DNA of 32,000 nucleotides, taken from the NCBI RefSeq assembly GCF_000014265.1, contig NC_008312.1:5880001-5912000 (forward strand). Reading direction: 5' to 3'. Source of the stretch: Trichodesmium erythraeum IMS101 (GTDB lineage: Bacteria; Cyanobacteriota; Cyanobacteriia; Cyanobacteriales; Microcoleaceae). Both the position numbers and the translations under genes were made by a program. The notes beneath the pieces were generated by a model. It was not told the DNA's origin, searched no databases, and saw nothing but the letters and a program-made list of their open reading frames with translations. Below, piece after piece: positions 7,337-17,085 of this stretch. Position 1 is the first letter of the stretch, and each line of letters begins with the position of its first letter.

Positions 7337-10300
7337 ATGGAACCTAGCTCCGAAACTATTCAACTCTCAAATCAGCAACGTCTTTTATTAGCAGTTAAAC
7401 AAGCAACTGCTAAATTAAATGAAATAGAAACAGCAACCACCGAACCAATAGCAATTATTGGTACTGCTTGTCGTTTTCCAGGGGGTGTTGATACTCCAGA
7501 GTCTTACTGGGAATTTCTCAGGGAATCAATAGATGGCAGAGTAGAGATTCCTAAAGAGCGATGGGATAATGACCTCTACTACAACCCCGACCCAGAAGCA
7601 CCAGGTCAAATATACGTTCGTCATGGTTATTTTCTCCAACAACCAGTAGACCAGTTTGACCCCGCTTTTTTCAGTATTTCTGGGGTAGAAGCAAATAAGA
7701 TGGACCCATCACAACGACTTTTGTTGGAGGTAACTTGGGAAGCATTAGAAAATGCAGGTATTTCACCCAGGAGTTTGAAAAATACTGATACTGGAGTATA
7801 TATAGGTCAATGTTTTAATGATTATGCCTTGATTGGTATAAATGCTTTACCTAATAACTTTGGTGATTTTTATTTAGGTCTAGGTACAGCGATGAATACT
7901 TCATCGGGTCGGGTGGCTTATGCTTTTGGGTTACAAGGACCAACTTTTACTCTGGATACAACTTGCTCCTCGTCCTTAGTTACTTTGCACATAGCTTGTC
8001 AGAGTTTGCGGAGTGGAGAATCTAACCTTGCTCTGGTGGGTGGAGTAAATTTAATGCTTCATCCCAATGTTACTCATGGATTCTGTAAAGGTCGAGCATT
8101 ATCCCCTGATAGTCGTTGTAAGACTTTTGATGCTAGTGCTGATGGTTATGCTAGGGGAGAGGGTTGTGGTATTATTGTTGCCAAACGTCTTCGGGATGCT
8201 GTGGCAGATGGCGATCGCATTTTGGCTCTGGTGAAAGGTTCTGCTATTAACCATGATGGCCCTAGTAGTGGACTGACAGTTCCTAATCAACAGGCACAAA
8301 AGAAGGTAATTCGGCAAGCTTTGGTAAATGCTAAGGTAGACCCGTTAGCAGTTGACTATGTTGAATGTCACGGTACGGGAACTTCTCTGGGAGATCCTCT
8401 GGAGGTCAAAGCTATTGATGAGGTTTATTGTCGAGAAAGAAGTAAGGATGACCCTCTGGTTTTGGGTGCGGTTAAAAGTAATGTGGGGCACTTAGAAGCT
8501 GCTGCCGGGGTTGCAGGTTTAATTAAAATTATTTTGGCTCTGCAAAACAAGGAAATTCCACCTAATCTTCATTTTAATCAACCTAACCCTCAAATTGATT
8601 GGGATAAAATTCCGGTGCAGGTGGCAACAAGTGTTGTACCTTGGGAAAAACCAGGTAAACCTCTTTTGGCAGGAATTAGCGGATTTGGTATGAGTGGGAC
8701 TAATGCTCATGTAATTTTACAGGAAGCACCAGAACAAGTTAAAAGTAAAAATGATACAGATAGATCCCTTCATTTATTAACTCTGTCAGCTAAAACTAAA
8801 AAAGCTTTGGAGAAGTCGGTTGTTCGTTATCAAAATTATCTAGCACAAGAGAATAATGGGAATGAGTTAGCTGATATTTGTTATACAGCTAACACAGGAC
8901 GTACCCATTTCAATCATAGGTTAGCAGTTATCGCAGCTAATCAAGCAGAATTATTGGAGAAATTAAGCGCTGGTTTAACTGGGGAGGAAATATTCTCTGG
9001 ACAGGTATCTAGTAGCAGTTTACCAAAGGTGGCTTTCTTATTCACTGGTCAAGGTTCCCAATACGTTAATATGGGTCGGAGATTATATGAGCAAGCACCA
9101 GTTTTCCGACAGGCGATCGACCAATGTAATCAAATTTTCACTACAATTGTTGAGGAGCAAGCAGAATCAGAGGAAATGTCTCTGTTAGATGTCATATATT
9201 CTGATACTACAGAAGATTCTGATTCATCTCCACTACACCAAACTGCTTATACTCAACCAGCACTATTTTCTATTGAATATGCTTTGGCTAAATTATGGCA
9301 GTCTTGGGGAATTCAACCAGATGTAGTCATGGGCCATAGTGTGGGTGAATATGTTGCAGCAACAATAGCAGGAATTTTTAGTTTAGAAGACGGATTAAAG
9401 TTAATTACTGCTAGGGGACAATTAATGCAACAGTTACCTTCTGGTGGTGAAATGGTTTCTGTTATGGCCTCAGAGTCAAAAATACGCCCTCTCCTAAAAA
9501 ATTACACAGATCAAGTGGCTATGGCAGCGATTAATGGGCCAGCAAGTGTGGTGATTTCTGGAGAGTCAGAAGGGGTAAGAGCGATCGCTACTAAGTTAAA
9601 GTCGGAAAGAATTAAAACGAAACAACTGCAAGTATCCCATGCTTTTCATTCACCTCTAATGGAACCAATGTTATCTGAGTTTGAAGCTATAGCTAATCAA
9701 ATTGATTATAGTATACCCAGGATACCGATAATATCTAACGTCACTGGGGCAAAGGCAGATAGTAGTATTACTACTGCTAAATATTGGGTAAATCATGTCC
9801 GACAACCAGTTAAGTTTGCCCAAAGTATGAATGCTTTACACCAACAGGGAGTTGATATTTTCCTAGAAGTCGGAGCAAAACCAATATTATTAGGTATGGG
9901 CCGTCGGTGTTTACCAGAAGATGTAGGTGTGTGGTTACCATCATTACGCCCTAATGTGGATGAATGGCAGCAAATACTTTCTAGTCTATCAGAATTATAC
10001 GTTCGGGGAGCCAAAATAGATTGGTCAGGGTTTGATGGAGATTATCAGCGACAAAAAGTGACTTTACCTAATTATCCTTTCGAACGTCAACGGTATTGGA
10101 TAGAAAGTGAGAAGTCAGGGTTATCAGGATCGACTGTTTCTCAAATAACAGAAACGGCAACAGAAACTTTAACTAAGCAACTGGCAGAAACTGGTAATCT
10201 TTCAGCAAGCGAACTGAAGTTAGTGCCAAAAATACTGGATTTGCTCAAACAACAACAGTTAAAATCTGTTACAGAGTCGGACCAAAAGTATACAGAATTA

Positions 10301-11401
10301 GAAGACTTAGTTTCCCCTTCGTCAATAATAGATATTGAGAAGTTTCAAGCTGCTTCGAGAAAAGAACAGAAGTTGATGATAGTAGAGTATTTGCAAGAAT
10401 TGGCAATGAAGGTACTGCAACTGAATACTTCTGAGGTTTTAGACCCCAATGAATCTGTTCTAGAACTAGGTTTTGATTCTTTGAGCGTTGTAGAACTTCG
10501 GAGCAAAGTCGAAAAACAACTAGCAGTAACTATTCCTGCCAGCTTAATTTTGCAAGGTCCTAGCATTATGGAATTAGCAGAAGCATTGGTTGAACAATTA
10601 ACTAATAGCGGCTCATCTGACCAAGGTCCCGTTAAGAGCAAAAAAGGAAGTGGTTGGATTGCATACCACAAACCTAAACTTAATGCAAGTACCCGTTTAT
10701 TCTGTTTTCACCCATGGGGTGCTAGTGCTTCTATGTATCAACAATGGTCTGATGCTTTGCCTCCAGAAATAGAAGTTTTACCCATTCAACTACCAGGTAG
10801 GCAAAGGCGTATTCAGGAAAAACCATTTACAGATTTTGCAAGTCTAATAGAGGTTTTAGCAGATTTCCTTTCTCCTTATTTGGATAAACCTTTTGCTTTC
10901 TTTGGTCATAGCATGGGAGGGTTCATTGCTTTTGAGCTTGCCTATTTTCTGGAAAAACAATATAATTTGAAACCAAGACACTTATTTTTGAGTGGTGTTG
11001 TTCCACCATCAGACAATACTTTCTTAGAAAAAATAGGATCTCTTTCAGAAACAGAACGACTTAATTATCTTCTAGAAATTTCAGAAATTCCAGAAAGTAT
11101 TACTGAAGATTCATCCCTTTTCCATGAGTTAATGAATATCTTTAAGGCAGATTTTCAACTGTTACAAAGTTATCGTTATCTAGAGAAAAAGCCACTAGAT
11201 TTCCCAATCTCCAGTTTTAGTGGAGTAGATGATTATACGATTAGCGATCGCCAACTTAATAATTGGTCTAAGTATACTACCAGCAACCTAAAAATAGATA
11301 GGATACCTGGTAAACATATGTTTATGTTCTTGAAAGATAGCCAAAAATTACTTTTGGAGCTGATTTCTCAAGAACTTTTACCACAATTAATTGCTCAATA
11401 A
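7337..11401 (+). CDS. Type I modular polyketide synthase, KS-AT-ACP-TE (terminal module, no reductive domains)
   Basis: A helical N-terminal docking-like segment spans 7337-7444 ([22 protein letters not shown]). KS ~7445-8722: Cys in TTCSSS at codon 7964-7966. AT ~9032-9946: GHSVGE Ser codon 9338-9340, HAFHS. ACP ~10370-10600: LGFDSL, Ser codon 10478-10480. Thioesterase ~10685-11386: GHSMGG Ser codon 10910-10912, PGKHMF. GAAGGA lies 7 nt upstream of the ATG. Confidence 0.97.
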   Translation: MEPSSETIQLSNQQRLLLAVKQATAKLNEIETATTEPIAIIGTACRFPGGVDTPESYWEFLRESIDGRVEIPKERWDNDLYYNPDPEAPGQIYVRHGYFLQQPVDQFDPAFFSISGVEANKMDPSQRLLLEVTWEALENAGISPRSLKNTDTGVYIGQCFNDYALIGINALPNNFGDFYLGLGTAMNTSSGRVAYAFGLQGPTFTLDTTCSSSLVTLHIACQSLRSGESNLALVGGVNLMLHPNVTHGFCKGRALSPDSRCKTFDASADGYARGEGCGIIVAKRLRDAVADGDRILALVKGSAINHDGPSSGLTVPNQQAQKKVIRQALVNAKVDPLAVDYVECHGTGTSLGDPLEVKAIDEVYCRERSKDDPLVLGAVKSNVGHLEAAAGVAGLIKIILALQNKEIPPNLHFNQPNPQIDWDKIPVQVATSVVPWEKPGKPLLAGISGFGMSGTNAHVILQEAPEQVKSKNDTDRSLHLLTLSAKTKKALEKSVVRYQNYLAQENNGNELADICYTANTGRTHFNHRLAVIAANQAELLEKLSAGLTGEEIFSGQVSSSSLPKVAFLFTGQGSQYVNMGRRLYEQAPVFRQAIDQCNQIFTTIVEEQAESEEMSLLDVIYSDTTEDSDSSPLHQTAYTQPALFSIEYALAKLWQSWGIQPDVVMGHSVGEYVAATIAGIFSLEDGLKLITARGQLMQQLPSGGEMVSVMASESKIRPLLKNYTDQVAMAAINGPASVVISGESEGVRAIATKLKSERIKTKQLQVSHAFHSPLMEPMLSEFEAIANQIDYSIPRIPIISNVTGAKADSSITTAKYWVNHVRQPVKFAQSMNALHQQGVDIFLEVGAKPILLGMGRRCLPEDVGVWLPSLRPNVDEWQQILSSLSELYVRGAKIDWSGFDGDYQRQKVTLPNYPFERQRYWIESEKSGLSGSTVSQITETATETLTKQLAETGNLSASELKLVPKILDLLKQQQLKSVTESDQKYTELEDLVSPSSIIDIEKFQAASRKEQKLMIVEYLQELAMKVLQLNTSEVLDPNESVLELGFDSLSVVELRSKVEKQLAVTIPASLILQGPSIMELAEALVEQLTNSGSSDQGPVKSKKGSGWIAYHKPKLNASTRLFCFHPWGASASMYQQWSDALPPEIEVLPIQLPGRQRRIQEKPFTDFASLIEVLADFLSPYLDKPFAFFGHSMGGFIAFELAYFLEKQYNLKPRHLFLSGVVPPSDNTFLEKIGSLSETERLNYLLEISEIPESITEDSSLFHELMNIFKADFQLLQSYRYLEKKPLDFPISSFSGVDDYTISDRQLNNWSKYTTSNLKIDRIPGKHMFMFLKDSQKLLLELISQELLPQLIAQ

Positions 11402-11408
11402 ATTATTA

Positions 11409-11432
11409 GGGTGCAGATTTTGCACCCTTTTT
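11409..11432 (+). terminator. Rho-independent terminator closing the PKS operon
   Basis: GGGTGCA (11409-11415), loop GATTT, TGCACCC (11421-11427), then TTTTT (11428-11432). It begins 8 nt after the PKS2 stop. Confidence 0.8.
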
Positions 11433-11525
11433 GAATAAAATTAGGGAGTATTGACTTAATCAAAGAATAACGATTTAATTCTTCAAAAGTATACTTTTAG
11501 ACAGGTTTATAGTATAAGCCAGTTT

Positions 11526-11542
11526 GTATAACCGTGTTATAC
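11526..11542. promoter_or_regulatory. 17-bp palindrome GTATAAC-CGT-GTTATAC, candidate operator
   Basis: Perfect 7-bp inverted arms with a 3-nt spacer. It lies between the PKS terminator and the lipocalin-like gene. Confidence 0.3.
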
Positions 11543-11717
11543 CATTTCTCAAAAAAAATTCTACATTTTTTGCAGTATGAGAGTAGGGAATTAGAGAAGT
11601 AAGGGAATAGTAAACATAAGAATAACTAACATTAACTTAGCTAAATAGAGTAGTAAAGTTATTAATTATTTAAGAACTGAAGTTTTACTTAAGTTTAGTA
11701 TTCATTTTGGTAATTTG

Positions 11718-11723
11718 TATAAT
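11718..11723 (+). promoter_or_regulatory. Candidate -10 box TATAAT (preceded by TG) upstream of the lipocalin-like gene
   Basis: Perfect TATAAT 45 nt upstream of ATG 11768. Only a weak -35 (TTAGTA, 11695-11700) sits at 17-nt spacing. Confidence 0.25.
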
Positions 11724-11767
11724 GCTTGTATTTATAACAAAATACAACCAAACTAGGAGAAAAAAGA

Positions 11768-12256
11768 ATGAGTGATAATTTAATCTCAAAAGATAATTTA
11801 GTTGGTACTTGGAAACTTGCTGATTTTTATACTATTGATTCAAAACAAAAAATTGCTTACCCCTTTGGTAAAAATCCTACAGGCTATCTTATATATACTG
11901 AAAATGGATATATGTCTGTGTTAATTATGACGACTAATCGCCCACTTCTTGGCCTATCAGTGGAAGAAATGCAAGATTTGAAAAGTCCTAAGTTAGGAAT
12001 AAAATTAATTGCTAATCTTGGTAAATATATTAAGGCTACTTTGAGATATTTTAGTGCTGGTAGAAATTGTCTTTCTTACAGTGGTAGGTATGAAATACGA
12101 GACAGTACAGTTATTCACCATATTGAAGTTAGCCTAGTTCCTGATTGGGTTGGTTTAGACTTTGAACGTAATGTAGAATTTTCAGAAGGCCAAATTATAC
12201 TTACTAATATGTTAAGAGATACATCCTTTAACTTAACTTGGAAACTGGTTCCTTAA
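11768..12256 (+). CDS. Small lipocalin-like (beta-barrel) domain protein
   Basis: 162-aa ORF with AGGAGA (11755-11760) 7 nt upstream of the ATG. LVGTWKL...PFGKNPTGYLIYTENGYMSV fits my recollection of the bacterial lipocalin-like domain pattern (GxW.L ... P.G..P.G.L.YT..G.M). Confidence 0.6.
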   Translation: MSDNLISKDNLVGTWKLADFYTIDSKQKIAYPFGKNPTGYLIYTENGYMSVLIMTTNRPLLGLSVEEMQDLKSPKLGIKLIANLGKYIKATLRYFSAGRNCLSYSGRYEIRDSTVIHHIEVSLVPDWVGLDFERNVEFSEGQIILTNMLRDTSFNLTWKLVP

Positions 12257-12399
12257 GATCTTTGATTAAAAATAATTTGATGTTCCATAATTAGGCAAAG
12301 TTAGAATAGTTGTATAGCCTGTTTGTTATATTTTCTGATCTAAATGCTTACCTCAATAAATATACATACAATATATAAAAAATTGTTAGAGCAATTATA

Positions 12400-13881
12400 A
12401 TGAATAATCAAATTTCTAGTAACCCAGACCAAAACTTAGAAATTGCTATCATTGGTGCTGGAATATCTGGTCTGTGTATGGCAATTAATCTCAGAAAAGC
12501 TGGCATTACAACTTTCAAAATTTTTGAAAAATCAGATAATGTAGGCGGTACATGGCACGATAATACATACCCTAGTTGTGGTTGTGATACACCATCTATT
12601 TTATATTCATTTTCCTTTGAACCTAAAAGTGACTGGACGCGACACTTTCCCAAACAACCAGAAATTCTAGAATATCTAGAACACTGTTCTAAGAAATATG
12701 ATATCAGAAAACATATTACTTTTAATACAGAAATTAGTAGCGCTTTTTTTGACTCAGAAAAAAATATTTGGCGTATTTATAGTGCCTCTGGGGAAGAATT
12801 TTCTGCGAATATTTTAGTTAGTGGTTGCGGACAATTAAATAAACCCAAAATTCCTCATCTTGATGGTCTAGAAACATTTTCGGGAACTCAATTTCATTGC
12901 GCTCGTTGGAATCACGAACACGATCTAAAAGATGAAACAGTAGCAGTAATTGGTACTGGTGCAAGTGCAATTCAGTTTATTCCTATTATTGCTGAACAGG
13001 TGAAAAAGTTAATTGTTTTTCAACGTAGCGCGCCATGGATCGCACCTAAACCAGATTTTAAATTTACAAATTTTATTCATTGGTTAGGCAAGAGTTTCCC
13101 ATTTATTCTTAGATTTTACCGATGGTTATTGTATTTAGTCCTAGAATATTTTGTTGTTTATTTAACAATAAAACAAAATACTATCGTTGGAAAACTTGTT
13201 AGTACTTTCCTCAACTTCCAAAGGGAGAAAATTATCAAAGATGAAAATCTTAAATCTATTCTAAAACCTAACTATGAAGTTGGTTGTAAGCGCATTTTAA
13301 TTTCCAATGATTATTATCCAGCTCTACAACTTCCTAATGTAGAGGTAGTTGCTCAGGATATTAAAGGGATTAATCAGAATCAAATTATTACCAAAGAAGG
13401 GAGAGAATATCCCGTAGATACTTTGATATTTGCTACAGGATTTGATACCAAACTTTTGTCCTCAATTAAAATTGTTGGTTTAAACAATCAATTGCTACAG
13501 GACAAATGGCAAGATGGAGCAGAAGCCTATAAAGGCATTATGATTCCCGAATTTCCAAATTTGTTTATGTTGTATGGACCTAATACAAATACAGGAACTC
13601 AGTCAATTATTTTCATGGTTGAATGTCAAGTTAATTACATTATTTCTTGTATCAAAATGATGCAGAATAAATCGCAGAAATATTTGGATGTGAAGCCTGA
13701 TATTAATTCTGAGTATAACCAAAAATTACAAGTTGCAGCTAGTCAAACCGTGTGGAATAGTGGTTGTAGCAGTTGGTACAAAACAAAAACAGGCAAAATC
13801 GTCAATAACTGGCCTTTTTCAACTGTACGTTATTGGCTCACAACTTCTCAAGCTGATCCCAAAGACTTTAATTTTTCTTAA
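12400..13881 (+). CDS. Type I Baeyer-Villiger monooxygenase (EthA-like class B flavoprotein monooxygenase)
   Basis: FAD fold IAIIGAGISG (12454-12471), GGTW, BVMO fingerprint FSGTQFHCARW (12877-12909, FxGxxxHxxxW), and second Rossmann motif VAVIGTGASA. There is an internal hydrophobic segment, FILRFYRWLLYLVLEYFVVYL. Confidence 0.85.
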   Translation: MNNQISSNPDQNLEIAIIGAGISGLCMAINLRKAGITTFKIFEKSDNVGGTWHDNTYPSCGCDTPSILYSFSFEPKSDWTRHFPKQPEILEYLEHCSKKYDIRKHITFNTEISSAFFDSEKNIWRIYSASGEEFSANILVSGCGQLNKPKIPHLDGLETFSGTQFHCARWNHEHDLKDETVAVIGTGASAIQFIPIIAEQVKKLIVFQRSAPWIAPKPDFKFTNFIHWLGKSFPFILRFYRWLLYLVLEYFVVYLTIKQNTIVGKLVSTFLNFQREKIIKDENLKSILKPNYEVGCKRILISNDYYPALQLPNVEVVAQDIKGINQNQIITKEGREYPVDTLIFATGFDTKLLSSIKIVGLNNQLLQDKWQDGAEAYKGIMIPEFPNLFMLYGPNTNTGTQSIIFMVECQVNYIISCIKMMQNKSQKYLDVKPDINSEYNQKLQVAASQTVWNSGCSSWYKTKTGKIVNNWPFSTVRYWLTTSQADPKDFNFS

Positions 13882-14116
13882 CCTGTTCTTAAAGGCGATA
13901 ATTATTTTGTCAAAATACTTTTGCGTAGATCAAAAAAATCTTATATACTTAAAGAGAGTACAGTTTTTGTTTTTAACAAAAAATAATAAGGACAAAATGA
14001 ATTATTAATTAATTGGGTCTATATTTGATTTTACAGCCAGCTTGTATGTGTTCTCCTCAGGCCTTATCTTGTCAATGCTTTTTTCAAATTATCCAGTTTT
14101 GCACCACTAATTAATT

Positions 14117-14122
14117 AAGGAG
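14117..14122 (+). promoter_or_regulatory. Shine-Dalgarno AAGGAG for the GTG-initiated lipase gene
   Basis: AAGGAG lies 8 nt upstream of GTG 14131. Confidence 0.6.
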
Positions 14123-14130
14123 AGATCATA

Positions 14131-15816
14131 GTGGCAACAACATATCAAACTTTACAAAAAAAACCTAAAGCACCTAAAGCACCATCAACAGAATACACTT
14201 GGGAACAGATAGTTATATCCCATATATGGATAATATACTGCATTTCATTCCCTTATTCTTATGTAGGTTCAAAAGAATATTTACAACAACTATCTACTGA
14301 ATCAGTTCAGAGAATTTTAGCTAATCCAAGAGTTAAAAAGTTGATTGGAAAATGGGAACTTGTATGGGGTATGTCTATTTATCAATTCCCAGGTTCTGGA
14401 GTGAATGACAATACACTCTACATTGCCAAGTACAATGATAACAATCCAGAAAAAGATACTTATGTTCTTTCTGTAGCTGGAACAAATATGAAGTCATTTT
14501 ACAGTATTCTTTGTGAAGACGGCGGTGTGTTCTCAACTAAAGAATGGAACAATGGTCAACCCTGGAACAGCCCACCAAACTTTCAATCTACTACTGAACC
14601 ATCAATATCTACAGGATTTACAAGGACCTTGGATAAGTTATTTAATAAGACTAAGGATAGTAATGGTACTCTTGTTATGGAAGCTCTCCAAAAAATAACC
14701 AGCAGCTCTAGCAAGCCAGTAGATTTGATAGTAGTAGGTCACAGTTTAGCTGGTACTATGTCTCCACTTGTGGCTCTAGCATTATTTGAACGTCAGTCAG
14801 AGTGGGATAGCAAAGGTATCGCTACAATCAAAGAAGTTTGGGCTATAGCCGGACCAACTCCGGGAAATCCAGCTCTTCAGGAATATTATACATCAAAACT
14901 TGGTGACAAAACTCAAAGTTTATGGTCTGAGCTTGACATTGTTCCTAATTGTTTCGCTAGGGAAGGTATGACTGGAGTGGCTAGCTTATATGAGCCTGAC
15001 ATTCCCTCTAGTCCTTTGGTTGAGATTATTATGCAGGCATTTAATAAGTCAATTGAACGTCATAACTATCAACATATCATCCCTCAGCCTGCTTATACTG
15101 GAAAGGTTAATAATGACTTCCGCATTGAAAATATTAACAAATATCCTGAAGTTAAAGAGTTTATTGCGGATCAGTGTGCTGCAATGCTACTCTACGCTTT
15201 TCTAAGTAGCTTAGAAGATATGTCTAATGTAATAGAAGACATTCCATTTGTCGGTAGAGCTTTTGAACCCCTTAAAGGTAAATTAGATTATCTCGTAAAA
15301 TCATCCACTTTTATCGTCTCAAAGTTTTTTGCTCAAGTTATTGATGCAGGTGTAACAGTAGTCCTTATTGAGGATAAAATTGAGTCAGTTTTTGAGGAAG
15401 TACTCGATCACATTGGTCTTACAGTGCCTATCTCTGTTGTTATGTCTGTTCTTCCTGGTGATTTAATTCTTGGTCATAACATTATTAATTTGATGGATTG
15501 GTATATGCAGTTCTATTTCCAGCACGTAGACCAATATGTTGGATATTATGGTGTTGATGAACTTTACGGTATCAAGGCAGATATTACAAGTGAAGTAGAG
15601 GCAAGACTTGGAAAGGAAGAGAACAAGAAGCAAGAAGCTAATACTATTCTTCTGAATTATGGTAAAGCCAAAAATGACGATATTAAAGATTTGTATCGTG
15701 GGGAAGGTAAGCTACTTGATGGAATATCTGATGTTGTTGCGGAATTGAAGCAGTCAGGTGATGTAGAGAAGAATGCACAACCTCTAGTTGTAATAGTTGA
15801 GAAAAAGAGAGACTAG
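14131..15816 (+). CDS. Class-3 (fungal-type) lipase family serine hydrolase with a ~230-aa C-terminal extension
   Basis: GTG start with a strong SD. The nucleophile elbow VVGHSLAG is at 14737-14754 (Ser codon 14743-14745), with a downstream ELDIVPN acid-residue region. The C-terminal third has hydrophobic stretches and the motif MDWYMQFYFQHVDQY (~15493-15537). Confidence 0.85.
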   Translation: MATTYQTLQKKPKAPKAPSTEYTWEQIVISHIWIIYCISFPYSYVGSKEYLQQLSTESVQRILANPRVKKLIGKWELVWGMSIYQFPGSGVNDNTLYIAKYNDNNPEKDTYVLSVAGTNMKSFYSILCEDGGVFSTKEWNNGQPWNSPPNFQSTTEPSISTGFTRTLDKLFNKTKDSNGTLVMEALQKITSSSSKPVDLIVVGHSLAGTMSPLVALALFERQSEWDSKGIATIKEVWAIAGPTPGNPALQEYYTSKLGDKTQSLWSELDIVPNCFAREGMTGVASLYEPDIPSSPLVEIIMQAFNKSIERHNYQHIIPQPAYTGKVNNDFRIENINKYPEVKEFIADQCAAMLLYAFLSSLEDMSNVIEDIPFVGRAFEPLKGKLDYLVKSSTFIVSKFFAQVIDAGVTVVLIEDKIESVFEEVLDHIGLTVPISVVMSVLPGDLILGHNIINLMDWYMQFYFQHVDQYVGYYGVDELYGIKADITSEVEARLGKEENKKQEANTILLNYGKAKNDDIKDLYRGEGKLLDGISDVVAELKQSGDVEKNAQPLVVIVEKKRD

Positions 15817-16337
15817 TGAGTATTTAAGCTTGTCGCTATGACCTCTAGCTAGTACGGTAAAATTCCGGCGGACAGGAGGGGGGCAACCAATTTCCTAGGA
15901 CGGCTGAAAGTAAACAAGTAGCTAAAGCAGCGATTTATTACTACAACATCTTGAGTAAAACCACTCTTTTAGCTAACTAAAAAAAGTAACCTCACAGATT
16001 TTTGTCTATGCCGAGGAATTTAGAAGTCTGTTGACAGGCTTGAAGCAAATGTGGATTTATCCCATGTGCGGTAGATTAAGCAGGTAATCCAGAGTGTTTC
16101 AACCTCTATAAATGTCAAAATATTCTCAGTTGCAACTAACACATAAATATAATTTTGGGAACAGGGTTATACTTGTTCCTTGACTTTAAAATTATTTAAT
16201 GTCCGGAGATTATACTTGGGGCTTGTAACTGTTATTTAGAAGTTATTTATCAGCAGGTATAATCTCTAATAATTTCCAATTATCTATTCATGTTACGAGG
16301 TTTAAAATCAGATATTCATAGATTTTCTTGATTTTTT

Positions 16338-16556
16338 GAGAGCTCTGGGAAAAGATGATATAACTTTCTTATTGTGTTTCATTTCCTACATTTTATAGAG
16401 ATACTCTTGAATAAAACGATTGATGCAGTATAGTTCGTAGCGAAGATAAATTGGTTCAGTTTGAAAGGTTATAACTCAAGTTAATACTAAGCTTTAAAAA
16501 GAGGTATTACTGAAGGATAAGTATGATTTTATGGCTAAGGGAGTACTTCATTTCAA
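16338..16556 (+). pseudogene. Short decayed relic of the lipase 5' region
   Basis: 16364-16397 is 29/34 nt identical to 19351-19384 of the larger pseudogene. Both encode LSYCVSFP (the intact gene has IIYCISFP). Weaker similarity continues to ~16550, broken by stops and frameshifts. Confidence 0.4.
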
Positions 16557-16725
16557 TAGGTAAAAATAGTGTAGATAGTGAATATTTATAAATTACATAT
16601 AGATTATGCAACAAAAAAAATAATAAAATTTGAGAAACCTAAGACTTTGATTGTAAATTATCCTAAGTTTAAAAATAATAGAGTTAAAGCTTTATCTTGT
16701 AGAAAGGATAAGTTATATAGAATAA

Positions 16726-16743
16726 TTGCTATATATATAGCAA
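16726..16743. repeat. Perfect 18-bp palindrome TTGCTATATATATAGCAA
   Basis: Every position pairs with its mirror. It lies ~340 nt upstream of the FMO gene. Confidence 0.7.
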
Positions 16744-16852
16744 AAAATCAATTATCAAAGCTGGTAAATCGCAATAAATAATCTTTTTAGTTGTTGACAA
16801 AAAGAAAAAATATGGGAGATTTTTTTGGTTAATTTAGATAAGACTTTTAGGT

Positions 16853-16883
16853 TATAGTTATACGCTATAGTTATACGCTATAG
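16853..16883. repeat. 13-nt tandem repeat TATAGTTATACGC x2.4
   Basis: Identical units at 16853-16865 and 16866-16878, with a partial third unit to 16883. Confidence 0.85.
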
Positions 16884-16937
16884 ATTATTCTGAATTATCA
16901 GTAAAAAATAGAAATGATTGAGGGAAAATTTGGTCAT
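16878..16937 (-). CDS. Candidate 19-codon small ORF (MTKFSLNHFYFLLIIQNNL) with a perfect AGGAGG
   Basis: On the minus strand, AGGAGG (16947-16942) is followed by a 4-nt spacer, ATG (16937-16935) and TAG (16880-16878). It is below the ORF-track size cut-off and there is no homology evidence. Confidence 0.2.
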   Translation of the reverse strand: MTKFSLNHFYFLLIIQNNL

Positions 16938-17085
16938 ATTTCCTCCTGTTTTGCTTGCCATATTTTCTCATAAAGTCTATCGTAATATCCAAAAACAAGA
17001 GTATTGACAAATAAGAAATAATGAATCATCATTATATAATGGAAATTAAATAACTCTTAAACCAAAATTTGAAAAAACTTTAACA

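Noticed and set aside
1448-10671. Short antisense ORFs inside the PKS genes (1448-1639, 2208-2405, 8099-8317, 8519-8710, 9793-10014, 10345-10671)
   Set aside because: Each is fully nested antisense within well-supported PKS domains and has low-complexity, Cys/Ser/Thr-rich translations. They are typical chance ORFs.
13733-14008. 91-aa ORF overlapping the 3' end of the BVMO gene and running into the spacer
   Set aside because: It is out of frame with the BVMO, has a Lys/Leu/Ile-rich low-complexity translation typical of AT-rich DNA, and has no SD.
15865-15910. GC-rich island (CCGGCGGACAGGAGGGGGGCAACC...CCTAGGACGGCTG) just downstream of the lipase stop
   Set aside because: It looked like a possible structured RNA or terminator, but I could not find a convincing stem or a T tract, and no start codon follows the AGGAGG.
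16578-16781. 67-aa GTG-initiated ORF in the lipase-FMO spacer
   Set aside because: It is Lys/Asn/Ile-rich and low-complexity, has no SD, and contains the 18-bp palindrome. It is more likely non-coding.
11526-16876. Apparent sharing of the heptamer GTTATAC/GTATAAC between the 11526 palindrome, the loop of a hairpin at 16157-16180 and the 13-nt tandem repeat at 16853
   Set aside because: I found about ten copies of the heptamer across the whole window, including several inside coding regions. That is close to what this base composition predicts, so a common regulatory motif is not supported.
17004-17040. TTGACA (17004-17009) and TATAAT (17035-17040) as the FMO promoter
   Set aside because: Both hexamers are perfect, but the spacer is 25 nt, which does not fit a sigma-70-type promoter. 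No better -10 lies at 16-19 nt.
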